From the NCBI RefSeq assembly GCF_009914755.1, contig NC_060941.1: a stretch of 64,000 nt of DNA; one strand, 5' to 3'. This DNA comes from the human T2T-CHM13v2.0 reference genome, Homo sapiens. A program made the translations under genes and the position numbers. The notes beneath the pieces are model-generated. The model was not told where the DNA came from. It did not search any database and was given only the letters and a program-made list of their open reading frames with translations. Positions within the stretch are counted from its first letter, which is position 1. Every line of letters begins with the position of its first letter. This document shows, piece after piece, positions 11,902-25,848 of this stretch.

Positions 11902-14879
11902 TTAGAACATCAGGAAGAGGACAGTTTGCATAATGAAAAATCAAGGAAGGCGGTTATTCATGTACTTAAGCTTCGACAACTTCTAGTAATTATTTTCAGG
12001 GAGGCTGCATTTCTTTCAGCTGCTAAGGACAGTACCTAGGAGGCTGTGAAGAACAAGCTGATGGTTTCAGATTTAGACACACATTGGGCCGCAGCGGCAA
12101 GCGCCCAGTAGGTCCTCAATCTTGTAAATACGGCTACATTTGTCATCCCTGACCCTCACAATGTGATTTGCATAGTGTCTTGGACCAAATATTTGTAGGA
12201 TTGCTGGGATGTGTTTCTCATTTCAGTGGCATGGAAAGTTGTCCTAAGAAAGGCTGGAATAACCTGTGGTCTCTGGATGAAAAATAAGGAAACTGGGGTC
12301 CCAGGAAGTAAGAGTTCCTATCTGAAGTCATTCCCTGAGTTAGTGCAAGAGCCCGAAGCCAGGGAAACCCCAGCTCTCTTTCAGCATCACGTGCCATTCA
12401 GCTAAATTCTCAGGGCCCAGGACAGCCTTCTGTCACCCACGGGCTAAAGTCATCAGGAAAGCAAATAAGGATCCACAGTTAGAAGAAGAAAAATGTTTCC
12501 GCCCACCCTAACCCTTCCGCACCACCTGTCACCTGAAAACCCAAAACTCAGAACTGCCCCGAGACACATCCAGCCAGAATCCAGAGAGACCTTTGAGGCT
12601 GGGGCTGGGCCCACTCACCTCTCATGAGGAGGCAAAAGCAAATGCTTCTCCTCCCAGGGCTGACCAAGGCAGTGGGTGGACAAGCCTGGGCCAAGGCAAA
12701 CAGGGACATGGCACCTGAAGGCACTATTGACAAACTGGGTGTGTTAATGGACCAAGTGGGGCTAGAATGGGAAGGATGGATTCTCCGAGGCTGCACAGAG
12801 AGTGCAGGAGAGAAAAGAACTTCCAAACTGTCTCCTTTAGCCTTGGCTACCCCTGGAGAAAGCCCAGGTGTTTCACCTCCCTCCCTCCCTCCCTGCTTCT
12901 CTGCCTTTGCTCTGAGAGCCGGGCCTTCCTGCAGGCTGGCTGTTTAACGAGGCAGGTTGAGAATTTTCAGCCTCTAACTCATGTGTTCTAATCCTATTAA
13001 ATATGCACCGGCTTCAAAACTCAGCTTTTTAAAAACTTGCTTCCCCACCCCCAGCACCACCCCCTGTCCCCCCAACCTCGCCTCACTTAGTCCCACTTGC
13101 TCCATTCCAGCTTGAAAAGCCATTGCTCAGTTGTTGGCAGGGGTCCCACCAGCGTTTTTGCAAGGATTTGGGCTGTGATTCAGCTACCTGCAGCTGTTCC
13201 CCAGTTACCACCCACGTAAAGGAATTTCTGATATTAAAACGGGTGACAAACTTCCTCCCCCCTTCCCCCAACACATTAGTTTGATTGACATCCACAGGCC
13301 AAGTGGCCAAGTTCACCGTCACTTGGTTCTCCCTATTCACTTAATAATACATTTAATTCCACCCACCAGCCACTCCTCCCCGTGCTTTATACACACTGCC
13401 TTCTCACCCTGAAGAGCGTCCTCTGATAAGACCATCGAAATACCATTTGGGGATATTTAAAAACAATCTACTGAATCTTTCTAGAACTAAATTTTGTTCT
13501 CCCTTTATCATCTAATTAAATCTTCCCACCACTGCAAAAAATCCTCCTAATCCCCCCCCTCCCCCGGCCTTGTGTAATGTCATCAAATGGGAGTGGAGAG
13601 AGGCAAGGAAAGAGAGCGGGCTGAAGTTGAAGATCCAAGTTCAGATAGTTCCATGGAGCTTTTCAGAGCCGAGGCTGGAGGCCACCTGCTTCTCTCCAAC
13701 TGTGCAGAGATGCCAGGGTGTTCGTGTTGACCAGATGGAATTGTCTCCAGCAGAGCATACTGAACCAGTATCCACAAAGCTGGGCACAGACCTGAGCTTC
13801 CCGGCTTCAGCTACTTTCTTTTGTGTGTGTGTTGGGGTTGGCACGGGGGGAAAATGGGGTGGATGTGCAAACAGTGCAGATGGCCCTGGAAGTCGATGGC
13901 CCTGCAAGTCAACTGCCCATCCTCCTTCTGGCAGAAGTCCCATCTCAGCCTGGGCTCATCAACTATATGCTTCCTTTCAAAGGAGGATGCAATAGAAACC
14001 AACCTAACACCAACAAAAGCCTCAACAGTTAGCATTCAAGGTACCTACCTTAAGAGTGGACATTCAAAAGGAGGCTTTTGAGCAATGACCAAGCTGGAGC
14101 CCCTGGATACCAGGCCCTGGCTTTCTCTGAGTTTCTCCCATTTGGTTTGGCAGATACTCTGCGGGGGAACAATAGCAACGGCCCCACCAGTCCCATCAAC
14201 CCCAAGGCCGCGTCCCCTTGCTTCTGGGCAGTAGCCAGTAATGTGATCCTTCAAGGCAGTGCCAAACCCCCTGTTGGGAATTCAGCCAATCTTGGGGCTC
14301 TTCAGGGAAGAAAAATTCCTTTCCCTGACCTCTGCAGGTGATCGGATTGAGGTCCCTGCAGCTTGAAATTTGATTTGATCTTTGATCTCTGCTTGCACAG
14401 CTGCAATGGTTATTATGCTCCATAAAGTGTCCCGGAGCCCTTCCTTGCTCACCTGCCCTCCATAGTGAGTGCTTGGGGCCAGGTATTCCTGAGCAGCGGA
14501 AGAATATTACTTCTCTGTTTTTCTCATCCTGCACTCCCTTCATTTCAGTCCTGCCTTCTCATTCCCCTCATTCCCAGGACTTAACCCCAAATTCCAAGAC
14601 CGTGGACATTTTCAAGTCCTTCTAAATGAGAGCATGTGGTTTCATTAAAAAAAAAAAGTACTGTGTGTTAAGAGCCAACTATTTAACCAAGGTCATAGTC
14701 CCAGAATGCCGCATGTGTCTAAAGAAGTCTTGTAGAAGTGTGGTCCTCAAAGTAAGTTTTTCTGGGTTTAGTTCACTTCCCTGTCATGGTGAGATCATTC
14801 TGGGGCAGGGAGATATGTATAAGGAAGCAAGTTTAATATGGTTCATCAGACCTATTTCTATTTTATTGGCAGCAAGTGA

Positions 14880-15120
14880 CATAATAATAGATACTTACTG
14901 AAAGCGAACTATATTTTGGATATCATGCTAATTATCTGCATGGACGCTTTTAAGCTTCCCAAACTCTAAGAAGAATGTACTATTATCTTACCTCATTTTA
15001 CAGATGAGGAAACTGAAATTTAGAGGGGTTTAAGTAGCTGGTTTAAGATTACACAAGCAGTGAGCAAATAGAGTTGGGATTCCCTCACATGTCTGTCTGA
15101 TCTTGAACTAGTTCTTAACC
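14880..15120 (-). mobile_element. MIR
   Basis: ctcattttacagatgaggaaactgaaatttagagggg core. Confidence 0.85.
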
Positions 15121-15823
15121 AAATTCACGTTATCCCTCTTTGAGGTTATTTGTCTACACTGCAAAATTACACAAGCAGGAGAGCAGCGATGTCTTGTCTA
15201 CATTGTTCACAGTCTGAGAAAATCATTTCAAGATTTATTGATTGGCTATCCTGATTTTAATCTGAAAATAAGTCCCAAATGACATGTTTTCACCTTTTAT
15301 TTTTTTAATTCAAATCAAACTTTTAATCAACAGCAAGGACAATAAAAGGATTAAGCATATCATTTTAAAGAAACACCCAAATAGATATGATTTGGAAATT
15401 TTCCTACTAACATTTCATCCCTGAGCCCCCCCTCATACTGACCTCACCTTTGGGCCTGAACTTGGTAAGGAGATTTCTCTGCAAGTCTGTCTAGAGAGTC
15501 AAACACTTCTCTGGTTACCTTGAGATTCAAGTCTGCTTAATTAAATGTTTTAGCTAGCATTTTTGTTTAAGTTTCCACGGAGGTATGAAAAAGCCATTGC
15601 AATTGTTTTAAAGCTCTTATAATACTTTCTTTAGTTCCTTCAAGGAAGGTGATCATTCCTGTGTCTACTCAGGCCCCTATCCCACCACCTTCACTGATGG
15701 CTTCATTTCCTTACACTTTAGCTCCTTTCTCTCTCTGATTTTGCCCATCACTGTCCATGTGGAAGAAGCATGAAGAGAAATTTGAGTTGTGTTGGGTCTC
15801 TCTGCCGACTGCATGAACCCTGA

Positions 15824-16229
<406 letters not shown>

Positions 16230-16459
16230 TAAGTTTCCCCCACTTCTGATTAATAACCTCAATAGGTCTTTGCTTATTAAAAAAAAAAAAAAACCTACTA
16301 AAAGATAAAAATTAATAACTGTAATAACGGCATTCTCATAGCATCTAGCAACCTTCACAACAGAGTTGTGACAAAGAGCTGAATTACCAAATCTCAGTTT
16401 CTACAAAAAATGTTATCCTTAAGAAGAAGGCAGTAGCGGCCTTTCCACTCAAAAGCATT

Positions 16460-16830
16460 TTCTCAACTTTTGGCTATAAACATTTTCAAAATCGCAGAAA
16501 AAATTTGAAAGAATAGCATAGGAACCATCCGTATAGTTAGCCCTGAGTAATTATTAATTTTTTGTCATATTTTATTTATCATATGTGCGCGTGTGATTTT
16601 GGATTGCTGTGTTATGTTGTGCTGTGTTGTATTCCTGAACCATTTGATGATAAGTTGCAGACTGCAGGATACTTCGCCTCTCAAATGTCCAGAATATCAG
16701 TGATCCCCTGGGTAACCACCTACCACTGATGCCCCTAAGAAAGTCACAATGGTTGCCATCATCATCTGCTACCTAGCCCACATTAAAAGCCCCCAGATGT
16801 ATTAAAAATGTCTTTTGGAGCTGTTTGTTT
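16460..16830 (-). mobile_element. Old L1M (L1MC/ME-type) 3' fragment
   Basis: aaacattttcaaa...cagaaaaatttgaaagaatag...ctgaaccatttga...aagttgcagac pattern. Confidence 0.55.
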
Positions 16831-16864
16831 TCATTTTTGTTTCTGTTTTTTCCTCTGAACTGGA

Positions 16865-16980
16865 AGTAAGATGACAACCGTCCCAGTATGCCCGGACATG
16901 TCCCAGTGTTAGCCCTGAAAGTCCGAGAAACATCTCCCCTAAGTCTTTCCTAGGCAAACTGGGATGGCCCAGCAACCTCA
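16865..16980. mobile_element. MER81/MER94-like hAT-Blackjack MITE
   Basis: aaccgtcccagtatgccc...gccctgaaagtcc...ggcaaactgggatgg; ends are imperfect inverted repeats. Confidence 0.7.
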
Positions 16981-17384
16981 CCAGGAACCAATCAAGTTTC
17001 ATTGCACGTGTTTACTAAAACTATTTAGTATTTAGTCTCTTTTAATTGATGCACAACCAGCTCTTACCCAGAAAACTCAAGTTTCTAAGTTTTATATCTA
17101 AAGATGTCTCCTAATACACACAGTGAGATTTGTTATGGGTGGTAGTTGGGGTGTCCACAGAGAACCAGCACAAACATCCATGACCTACTCACCAATAGAT
17201 CTAGCCTTACAAACGAAAACCTCTGCAAATGAAAACACTTTATTGTCACCACAACAGCGGTGTATCCCTTTTGTTTTGCTTTGTTTTCTAATGGTCTGAT
17301 ATTTTTGTGTTCAGAAGTTGTTCACAGGTGAGCTGATAAATAGAATCGTCAACGCAGGCAACACGCAAAGGCATGAAAGATGGG

Positions 17385-17412
17385 TTATCTGAGTGCAGGA
17401 GCACTCAGATAA
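17385..17412. repeat. Perfect 12-bp inverted repeat, 4-nt loop
   Basis: TTATCTGAGTGC-agga-GCACTCAGATAA. Confidence 0.95.
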
Positions 17413-18109
17413 TGATGATATTAATTCATATCTAGATAACACTCAGATAATGTTAACTCATCTTTAACAGACTTCTTATGAGACTGTGTCAAGATGCAAA
17501 AGGTGGCTATCAGGGAGCCTGCCCCTCTCTTACATCACACCTGTGGCCAGTTCATCCATGCTGGTACTGTCTGCAAAGCCCTATATAAAGGAATGTGAGA
17601 AGCAAATGAGACCCATGGTTCAAGGCCCAGCTCTGCATTTAAATTGAACAGTGCAGACTTGCTCAAACCATGTCTCTTCTGCAGACTTTAGTGTCTTCAC
17701 CTGCAATGCCAAGAGCTGCTATGGCCTGAAAAACAAGGCTGCTTTCTTCTTCGTTGGCCTCATTTCAGGCACTCTCAGGAAAGAACATCTGGGGTTCTGA
17801 ACCCTCCCTCAGATTAGAAGGACAATTCCCCCACTCTGTCTCCAGGAAGTCACCTCTTTGACACAAGCCTGGTAATCCATGGAAGGTCAGGACCACTGGC
17901 AATGAACAGGCTTTGAGGATGCCATGCCCTGTTCCTGCCCCAGGAAAGTGCAAAGGATGCACATGGTCCCTAACCCTCAAGAGTAGCCCCTTCCATTCCC
18001 TCCCATGAACTGCAAAGACTCACTTCACTTCATCCAGTGTCTTTATGAAGTCTTGCATATAGGTCAGAAGAAGGGTTAAGATGCTGGCTGTAAACTAACT
18101 GGACTCTAA

Positions 18110-18980
18110 GCTCCAGACTTACATTAGTTGCCTTCTCAGTACCTTCAACTGGATGTCCAAGAGGCATCTCAACCTTCAGATGTCTTCAACACAACCCTTC
18201 ATTCCCTTCAAACCACTCCTCCCAGCCTTACACAAAGAATACAGCAGCATTGCTATTCACCTGGTCACTCAAGACAAAAACCTAGGAGTCGTTCTTGACT
18301 CTTCTGTTTTTGCCACACACAAATCCAATCCATCAACTGGTCAGGTGAGCGCTACCTTCAAAAGACAGCTGCATTTGTCCCCTTCAGTCTTTCCCATTGT
18401 CCCTCTAACTAATACCGACTTTTGCCCAAACTACTACAACAATCTTCCATATTTCCAGCTTCTTCTCTTGTTCTCCTGTCTCATCACTGCTCAGCCACCA
18501 CCAAGTGACCTGTTATAAACCATAATCTAACCAGATCACTTCCTTATTCAAAATCCACCAACATTTCCCACCACATTTATGATCAATTCTAAACACCTTC
18601 CGTTGGCCCATCCTCTTCCCGTTTACCTTGACAGGCTCGCCTCATTCCATGTCTCCTTCACTGACTTCACACCAGCCCCTCGAACCTGTTCATGGATCCT
18701 TTCCTCCTGCTGCCCTTGGCACCTGGGCTGCACTTCATTGTAGTGCCACCTTCACCACCTTCCTGTCACTCTACAGCCACTATTACTGCCCCACCTCATG
18801 ACACTCCATCCTCCCACCTCACACAAACACATGTCTCATAGACTAGCATAGGGTCTGCAGGATGAGCCCGTGAGAACAGGCACTTTGGTCTGTTCTGTTT
18901 ATGAATGAATCCCTGGTGTCCAGAACACTCCTGTTTCAAGGAGGCACTCAATAAATATTTATGGAATTCATTGACTAATG
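18110..18980 (+). mobile_element. L2 3' region
   Basis: ctggatgtccaagaggcatctcaacc...aaaacctaggagtcgttcttgactc...ggcactcaataaatatttatggaat. Confidence 0.85.
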
Positions 18981-19159
18981 GAACATCATTATTCTAATGA
19001 AAGCAAACAAAGATGCAGGTGATAAGCAAAAACGCCTTCTGCCCTTTGCCTTTCCTGTGGCTGCTTTTAATTCACTTAAAAAATAGATGTAACTGTTATA
19101 AAGACATCAAACCAGGCCATAATGCATTTCTGTCATAATAAAATGTCACCCTGTTTATT

Positions 19160-19360
19160 TTATCCCAGCCATTACCACAATCTGTAATTATCTTGTTATT
19201 TTATGGGTCACTACCTCTTTTTGTCTTTCTTCTCCACTGGGATGGAAACTCATGAGTGCAAGAACCTTCTCCTACTAGCTCAGTGCATCCCAGTGCCAAG
19301 TGCATGGACTGGCCCATAGTAGGTGTTCAATATGCATTTGTTGAATGAATAATTAAATGA
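19160..19360 (+). mobile_element. L2 3' end
   Basis: catagtaggtgttcaatatgcatttgttgaatgaat terminus. Confidence 0.8.
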
Positions 19361-19655
19361 CAGACTAACCAGAACTGGAGATCTCATGAAAGACATCGTG
19401 AGCTTGTCAAGGTCAATAACTTTAATGTCTTTTCTTCTTTGCAACTCACTAGAAACCTAACATAATACTTTGTGCTTAGTAGGAGTTCAGAAAGCTTATT
19501 TATTGAGTTGAATTTCACTATACTAGCAAAGTTTCAGAGACTACATGTCCTAATTAGGAAAGTTTTCTGGAGAGGATAAAGGCATGGAGAAGGAGTCTGT
19601 CAGGAGACTCAGGTTCCCAGCTTGGCAGGATATAGACAAAGGGCTCAGTGGGCTC

Positions 19656-20232
19656 ATTTGCATTTTGTTTTGCATAAATATGCAAGCTGAGTGGCTGAGC
19701 TGGAGTCTCCAAGGATGTCAAATGGCAACGGGCTGTGTTTTCAAATAGGATATTCAGGATCTTACAAACACAGGGTTCCCACCCAAAAGAAGGATCTTCA
19801 ACTCTCCTGGTGATGGGGAGACACACTGATCTCTTAGCTGAGCAAATGTCCCTCAACTGGACCCTCCCTATCCCCTGGCCACTGCCAGCCACTTCCCCAT
19901 GCTCACCCCCTACAGGGATCTTGGCAAGCCTGGCTAAGGTGTGGTCACTTCCAACAGGCCCCTGTTGACAGAGCTTAAAACAAACCTCCCTGTTCACACA
20001 CAGGCCCTGGTGCATGGAAGAGCCAAGTTGGGAGACTGACTCTCTACTGGCTGAGGCTACCAGTGCAGAAACCTTTCGAAAACAAAACAGCACTTAAAAA
20101 AACAAAACAAAACAAAACAAAACCTCATCCTTTCTGAGGCCAACACTGAGTGCTGGGAAGGCTCAGAAAGACCATGGGATTTTTTTCCCCCCAGTTAATC
20201 CAGTTGCCCTGATTTGCATGGGATTTGCATAA
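19656..20232. promoter_or_regulatory. POU/octamer motif cluster, putative enhancer
   Basis: ATTTGCAT at 19656, 20212 and 20223; palindrome TTGCATA-aa-TATGCAA at 19670-19685. Confidence 0.4.
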
Positions 20233-21703
20233 ACAGCACGTTGTATTCAAGCGGCCCTTACTTCAAGGGCCAAGATTAAGGTTGGGGATTTGTCACCCCC
20301 ACGGTAGTTTTGCTCCCCCTCCGCTGTTTAGCAGCTCAGGACACCTAAAATCGCTCTTTATATACTGGCCAAGGTGAAAAGCACACAAGCTATGGTGGAA
20401 TACCAGCGCAGGATAGAGGAGGCGTGTGTAGGGCTGGGAGCCCTCTCCCAAGAGGGGAGGTTGGACAATAAGAATTGTAAGGTTGCTCCCTGTTCTGGAA
20501 TTCTATAAATCTCTGCAGGGTGCCAGGCACCAAAGGACTGGCCTCAGCAAACCCTGAGATGGCACTGGAAACAAGATGGATTGCAGCCAAATTCAGGTTG
20601 TGCTAATATTTGTTGAAAGCTTTTCTGTGACAGTGACTGTCACATGGGGAAAGGGAAGAGACAGACTAGATTGGCCAGGAGAAGGGATGGGCAAAAGGAA
20701 TGTGGAATTCTTCCATCAGCCCCACCACCATCCCCCTGCTAGCGAGGGAGCAGGGATGGGACTGTTAAAAGCCCTACACTTACAAACCTCTCTCAATGTC
20801 CAGCCCAGCTGTACCTCTTCCCTGTGTAAGACACAAGCACAGAGACTCACTCGTTGGCACTGGTCAAAAGTCACTTTCCAACTTTCGATGTCAGGCTCAA
20901 CACAAGGCGCTTCCAAAAGGGCCTTTCCACCCATGGTTGGCACTCCCAATGTTGGTCTTTGAAATGTCCTATGGTTTTCGGCTTGGAGGAAGTTGCCTTG
21001 GCCCAAGCTCTCTTGAGTCCACACCCAGATCGCCTAACTTAGTTTCTGCATTGTGTCAAGCAAGATCACAGAGCATACGATGGGTAATAATCACCGAAGA
21101 GCAGAGCAGGCAAACCTGCAGATGCTCATGAAGGGGGATGGGCCATCAGTATCCGACATCTCTGCTTCTTTCTCCCCAGTTTCCTCAATATATGCAAAGA
21201 GCATATGCTTCTGATTTCTACAGCTGAGTACCTGGTGCCCTAAATGTCCTGGAAAACCCTGTCCTGAGAAAAGGCAGGAGGAGGGGTTGGAAAGAGAGAG
21301 GATGGGCCCTAAAACCTTCCTGGCTTGGTTTCCTCTACATGCCAACCACTCGATCTTATAAAATCATCCAGGTTATCTCCCTACACCTGTGCACCATGCT
21401 AAAGGGGAAGGAAATGTGGACAGGAGTGAAACAAATAAGCAAAGCCAAAATAGGGGTATGGGGTCCTAACCCTAACCCTTGAAAGCTGTGCAACTTACTC
21501 AAGTCATTTGAACTCTCAAGGGGTTTAGTTTGTTTGCTTTATTTTCTTTATAAGATTGGGATTTTAAAGTCTGCCCTGCTTATCCTTGAAAGATAGTCCA
21601 GAATCACAAAGGGCATCACACAGGGGCCTACTGGGGTTAGATGGGCATTGAGTATTGTTATTACCCCAAACGAAGGCATCCCTGGAAAAACAGACTTTCC
21701 TAA

Positions 21704-22051
<348 letters not shown>

Positions 22052-23738
22052 AAGTTACTCCAATAATTCTAAATCTGATTTCCCTTAAACTTCTTATAAT
22101 CTACTTGATTTTTTTCTTTTATTTCCTTATTTTTCTTTCCTGGGGCATCTGGGAGGAAAGGAACTGGGGATTCCTGGAGTGTTTCTGTCACATGCAGCCT
22201 CTTCGGCAGCTGGTAGGCTACAGAGGCCTACTCCGCGTGGGAGGAGGGAGATGCATTGCATCATTACCTCATTGTGTTAAGAAAACTCTGAGATTCAACC
22301 ATTCTAAAATAAAATTTTCTCATTAGGAGGGAGGTTTTTGGCTCTCTAGTCTTAAAATGCCCAGGAACCAAACTGGCCTTCTAAAGATGTGGAACACAAA
22401 GTTCCGTTCCCATTTTTGATGCTGACCCCCTATGAAGCTCAGGTGCCTGTGGACTTCTTAGCCTAACTATAGACAGGTTTTAATAACTTTAATTATCCTG
22501 CTTCACTTCTCTAATTTCTTTCTTTCTTTTTTTTTTTTTTTCAAAATTAGCCTGAAGGCTCAAAAGATTAAACTTGGGGGAAAATTTCCTAATGCCCTTT
22601 AGCTAGCTGGTTTCCAGTTTACGCCCCAGTTTTCCTGCAAATCCTTGCATTTGTACTATAGGATGAGCAACATACCTTGGACTTCCTTCTGTTTACACCT
22701 GAGACCGATGTGCACCAGCTATTTATGTACAGATCCTTGGGATGCTTTTCTCTCCACCATGAAATGTTGCCAAACTCCAGGAACTAGGGATATGGGGAGG
22801 GGAAAAAAAAAACGTATTGTTGCAATCCCCTCCTCCCCCTTGATCATTAATTGTATCCTGCTGGGAGCCCTCCATGCACTCTGGGTGAGCATGTGTCAAA
22901 CACATTTCCCTCTTCCCAGCACTTGCCAAGGGTGTGTTAGCCTCTTATTTTTGAAACCTGCTCTTTGAGACATGGAGAAACTCAGACAGGAGGAAGGAGG
23001 GGGAGGAGATTACAGCAGAGCAGCAGCAGGCTGGGGTCAGGCTCTGGGCCAGAGCCTTCGAGTCCAAATTTCCTCCCCGGACAAAGGATGGGTGGGGGTG
23101 GTCAGCTCTTCTGCAGCGACCGACTGGTGGCTGAGCAGGCAGGAGGGACCCACTGCGGTGACCGGAAGTTAAGAGGATACAGACGCAGTTGAGGTTCTCC
23201 TTAAATGATGAAGTAGCTGATTCTTCCTCCAAATCCCTCTTCACTAGTTCTGAGGCCCCCAGACAACCCCAGCAGTCAAGCACTGCTGCTTCCCATCCCA
23301 GATGTTTTGAATTCTGAGAGAGCAAAATATGTAGAAAAATCCTTACTAGGTATCTATTCCCCACCAGAGCACAACAAGGTATGGGACCAAGGGACCAGGA
23401 AAAATCAGTTGTCTTCTATTGGAGGAAGGAGCAGGTGCCATGGTGGACCCTGGAAACTCCATTGGGGTTTCCTCAGTCGACATAGCTCGTGCGGAAGACA
23501 CTTGCCCTTCAAAGTTGCTCAGGAGACCGAAGCATGAGATTCAAGTCTGCCCTTGCAATTCTCCTAGGCATAAGGTTGTCTTCATCTGTCAGCCTGCTCA
23601 ACCTTCTCTTCTGTCCAGTCCTAGCACTGTAGAAAGAAATCAAATTATTCTTGCAGATTAAGGTTGGTTCTCAGAGACTCCGCTTCTGGAAAATGCTGAA
23701 GGATCATCTACTTTTTCCCAGAGTCACGAAAGGGAGAT

Positions 23739-23890
23739 CACCAGGCACAGCGGCATATGCCTGTGATCCTAGGTACTCAGGAGGCTGAGGCGGGAGGATT
23801 GTTTGAGGACAGGAGTTTGAGGCTGCAGTGAACTATGATTACACCATTGCACTCCCGTCTGGGCAATATAGCAAGACCCTGCCTCTAATT
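23739..23890 (+). mobile_element. Free Alu monomer (FRAM/FAM-like)
   Basis: Single right-arm-type monomer with J-type positions. Confidence 0.8.
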
Positions 23891-23902
23891 TTCTTTTTTA
23901 AA

Positions 23903-24051
23903 GGGTAGCCGGGGTGAACATGTACCACCATATATATATATATTTTTTTATTTTGGAGAAATGGGGTCTTGCTATGTTACCCAGGGTAATCTTGAACTCG
24001 TGGCCTCAAGCAATCCTCTTGCCTTGGCCTCCCAAAGTGCTGGGATTACAG
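23903..24051 (-). mobile_element. AluJ fragment
   Basis: ggggtcttgctatgttacccagg...ccttggcctcccaaagtgctgggattacag. Confidence 0.85.
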
Positions 24052-24189
24052 TTGGTTTCATTTCGGCTTCTCACCTTTATATTATCATCCATGAAATCCT
24101 CAACCTTTTATCAGTCTCATCCCTGGGTGGTCCTTAGGGTAAGTTGTAAAACTTGGTGGGAAGGAGTTATCACTACCTGGTCCAGCATC

Positions 24190-24410
24190 ACAGGGCTACT
24201 AAGAACCCAGGCTCATAGGCAGACAGATCTTGGTCTAAATTTTATCTGTTACTTGTATTGGCTGTGTGATGTACCAATCTGAACTTCTTGAGCTGTAGGG
24301 TTGTCATCTCTAAATTTATTTTTTAAAGATTGAATGAGGTTATGTATGTAAAGCACTTAACACTTGGAATGGCAAGTAGTGCCCAAGAAATCTTACTTTA
24401 CTATTGCAAA
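24190..24410 (+). mobile_element. MIR
   Basis: ggcagacagatcttggtctaaat...gattgaatgaggttatgtatgtaaagcacttaacac. Confidence 0.7.
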
Positions 24411-25489
24411 AAAAAAAAAAAAAAAAGTTAAGACTGGTAATAGTGACACCTGGAAGTCCCTGTTGGATCTGCCACATCTACTGGTAACATGTCCTGACCA
24501 CATTGCTCCTGTCCCCCACCCAGCTTAAGGTCATCTCTTCTTTGGATTGACAGCACACATGCCCGTTAGCTGCAAGCTCTTTATCATCTCATGAGAATTC
24601 AACCCAAAGGGAGACAGGCAAGAATAAGCCAAAGTCTGACTCTCCTCAGACTCTCGCTTGATTTCCATGAGGCACACAACCCGCTTCTTCACGAACAGGC
24701 GCAGATGCTCTTCCCATCACACACGGCCCCATCATCTGACATCCCTATTGGCCAGGCTCTTGAACCCAAGTCACAGCTGGCTCCTTGAGGCAGCCTGAGG
24801 CGTAACACCGCCTGCAAAGAAAACTTTTCTCTCTGTTGAAAATGCACAGGGCCCCCTCTGCCTTAGTCCCTACCACTCCCCCAACATTGTCCTACTACTG
24901 TTTCCGTGTAGCGCATCTGGCCAAAGCAAACAGCTCTCCTGAGCCAGCTCTCCAGCAAGCAGCTGCAATACAAAGTTGGCAGGCATTTTCAGGAAGCCTG
25001 GCCTTCCCCCGCCTGCTCACCCTGTGGGCTCCCCTGGAAGACACAAGAAATGAAGCCTGACCTTTTAATTAGCCCTCGCACAGGGCCTGACCTCATTCTC
25101 TGGAGGAGCTGGACCGCCCCTCTCCACTCCCCTGCCCTGCTCCTCATCCGTCCTTCACATGTTGGGTGCCTGGGTACTGGGGCTAGCTTTTCTCCTCTCT
25201 GGGGAAAACGCACATTGTGAATAGGATGTTAGGAACTAGAGGAGTAGTTATAAAGGTTTATTAGTGTCCTATATTGATGACTGTGTATTGGAGTTTGAAT
25301 TGAGGTTGGGGACAGATGAGGATCTCAGATCTAGGAGTAACGATAAGAGGGAAAATGGGAAGAACAAAGAGAGGAGAAGAGAGAGGGAAGGAGGGAGGGA
25401 GGGATGAAGGGAAGGATTTTTAGCACCTTTTGTCAGTCTGATAATAAGTGTTTTCATGTGTTTTCTTCTTTAAACTCTGTAAGACCATA

Positions 25490-25620
25490 GGTTTTGATGA
25501 TCCTGATTTTATAGGTAAGACATTGAGTCCCCAAAGAGAAGTGACTTGCTCGAGGTCACTCAGTTGGCAGATGGCAGAGCAAAAACAAGAACCTAGGTCT
25601 TCTGGCTCTGAGACTGGAAA
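25490..25620 (-). mobile_element. MIR fragment
   Basis: gaagtgacttgctcgaggtcactcag...ggcagagc...gaacctaggtcttctggctc. Confidence 0.75.
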
Positions 25621-25848
25621 CTTCACATCAGGTTGCTGCTATTGTCCAGTAGTTTTAGGGTTACCTTTATAAGATAAATTATTTTTTTCAGTCCCGTCAG
25701 CTAGAATAATGCATCCGTAGGCTCAGTGGCCCCCATCTGATTCAACAATCTGGCATGCATTGTTTTGGTTAAGGTCAGCTGACCCTAACTTTGGTGTTCC
25801 TGAGAGCTACTTGGAGGTGGTAATTGTGGTAGAGAGAGTGGGACCAAA

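Noticed and set aside
14315-14343. Pyrimidine tract + CAG|GTGATC as a recursive splice site
   Set aside because: Donor half is poor and there is no supporting context
19554-20093. 179-aa minus-strand ORF in unique sequence
   Set aside because: No recognisable homology, non-ATG start and no convincing splice boundaries; length is compatible with chance
21465-21480. CCTAACCCTAACCCT telomere-like sequence
   Set aside because: Only about two units; expected by chance
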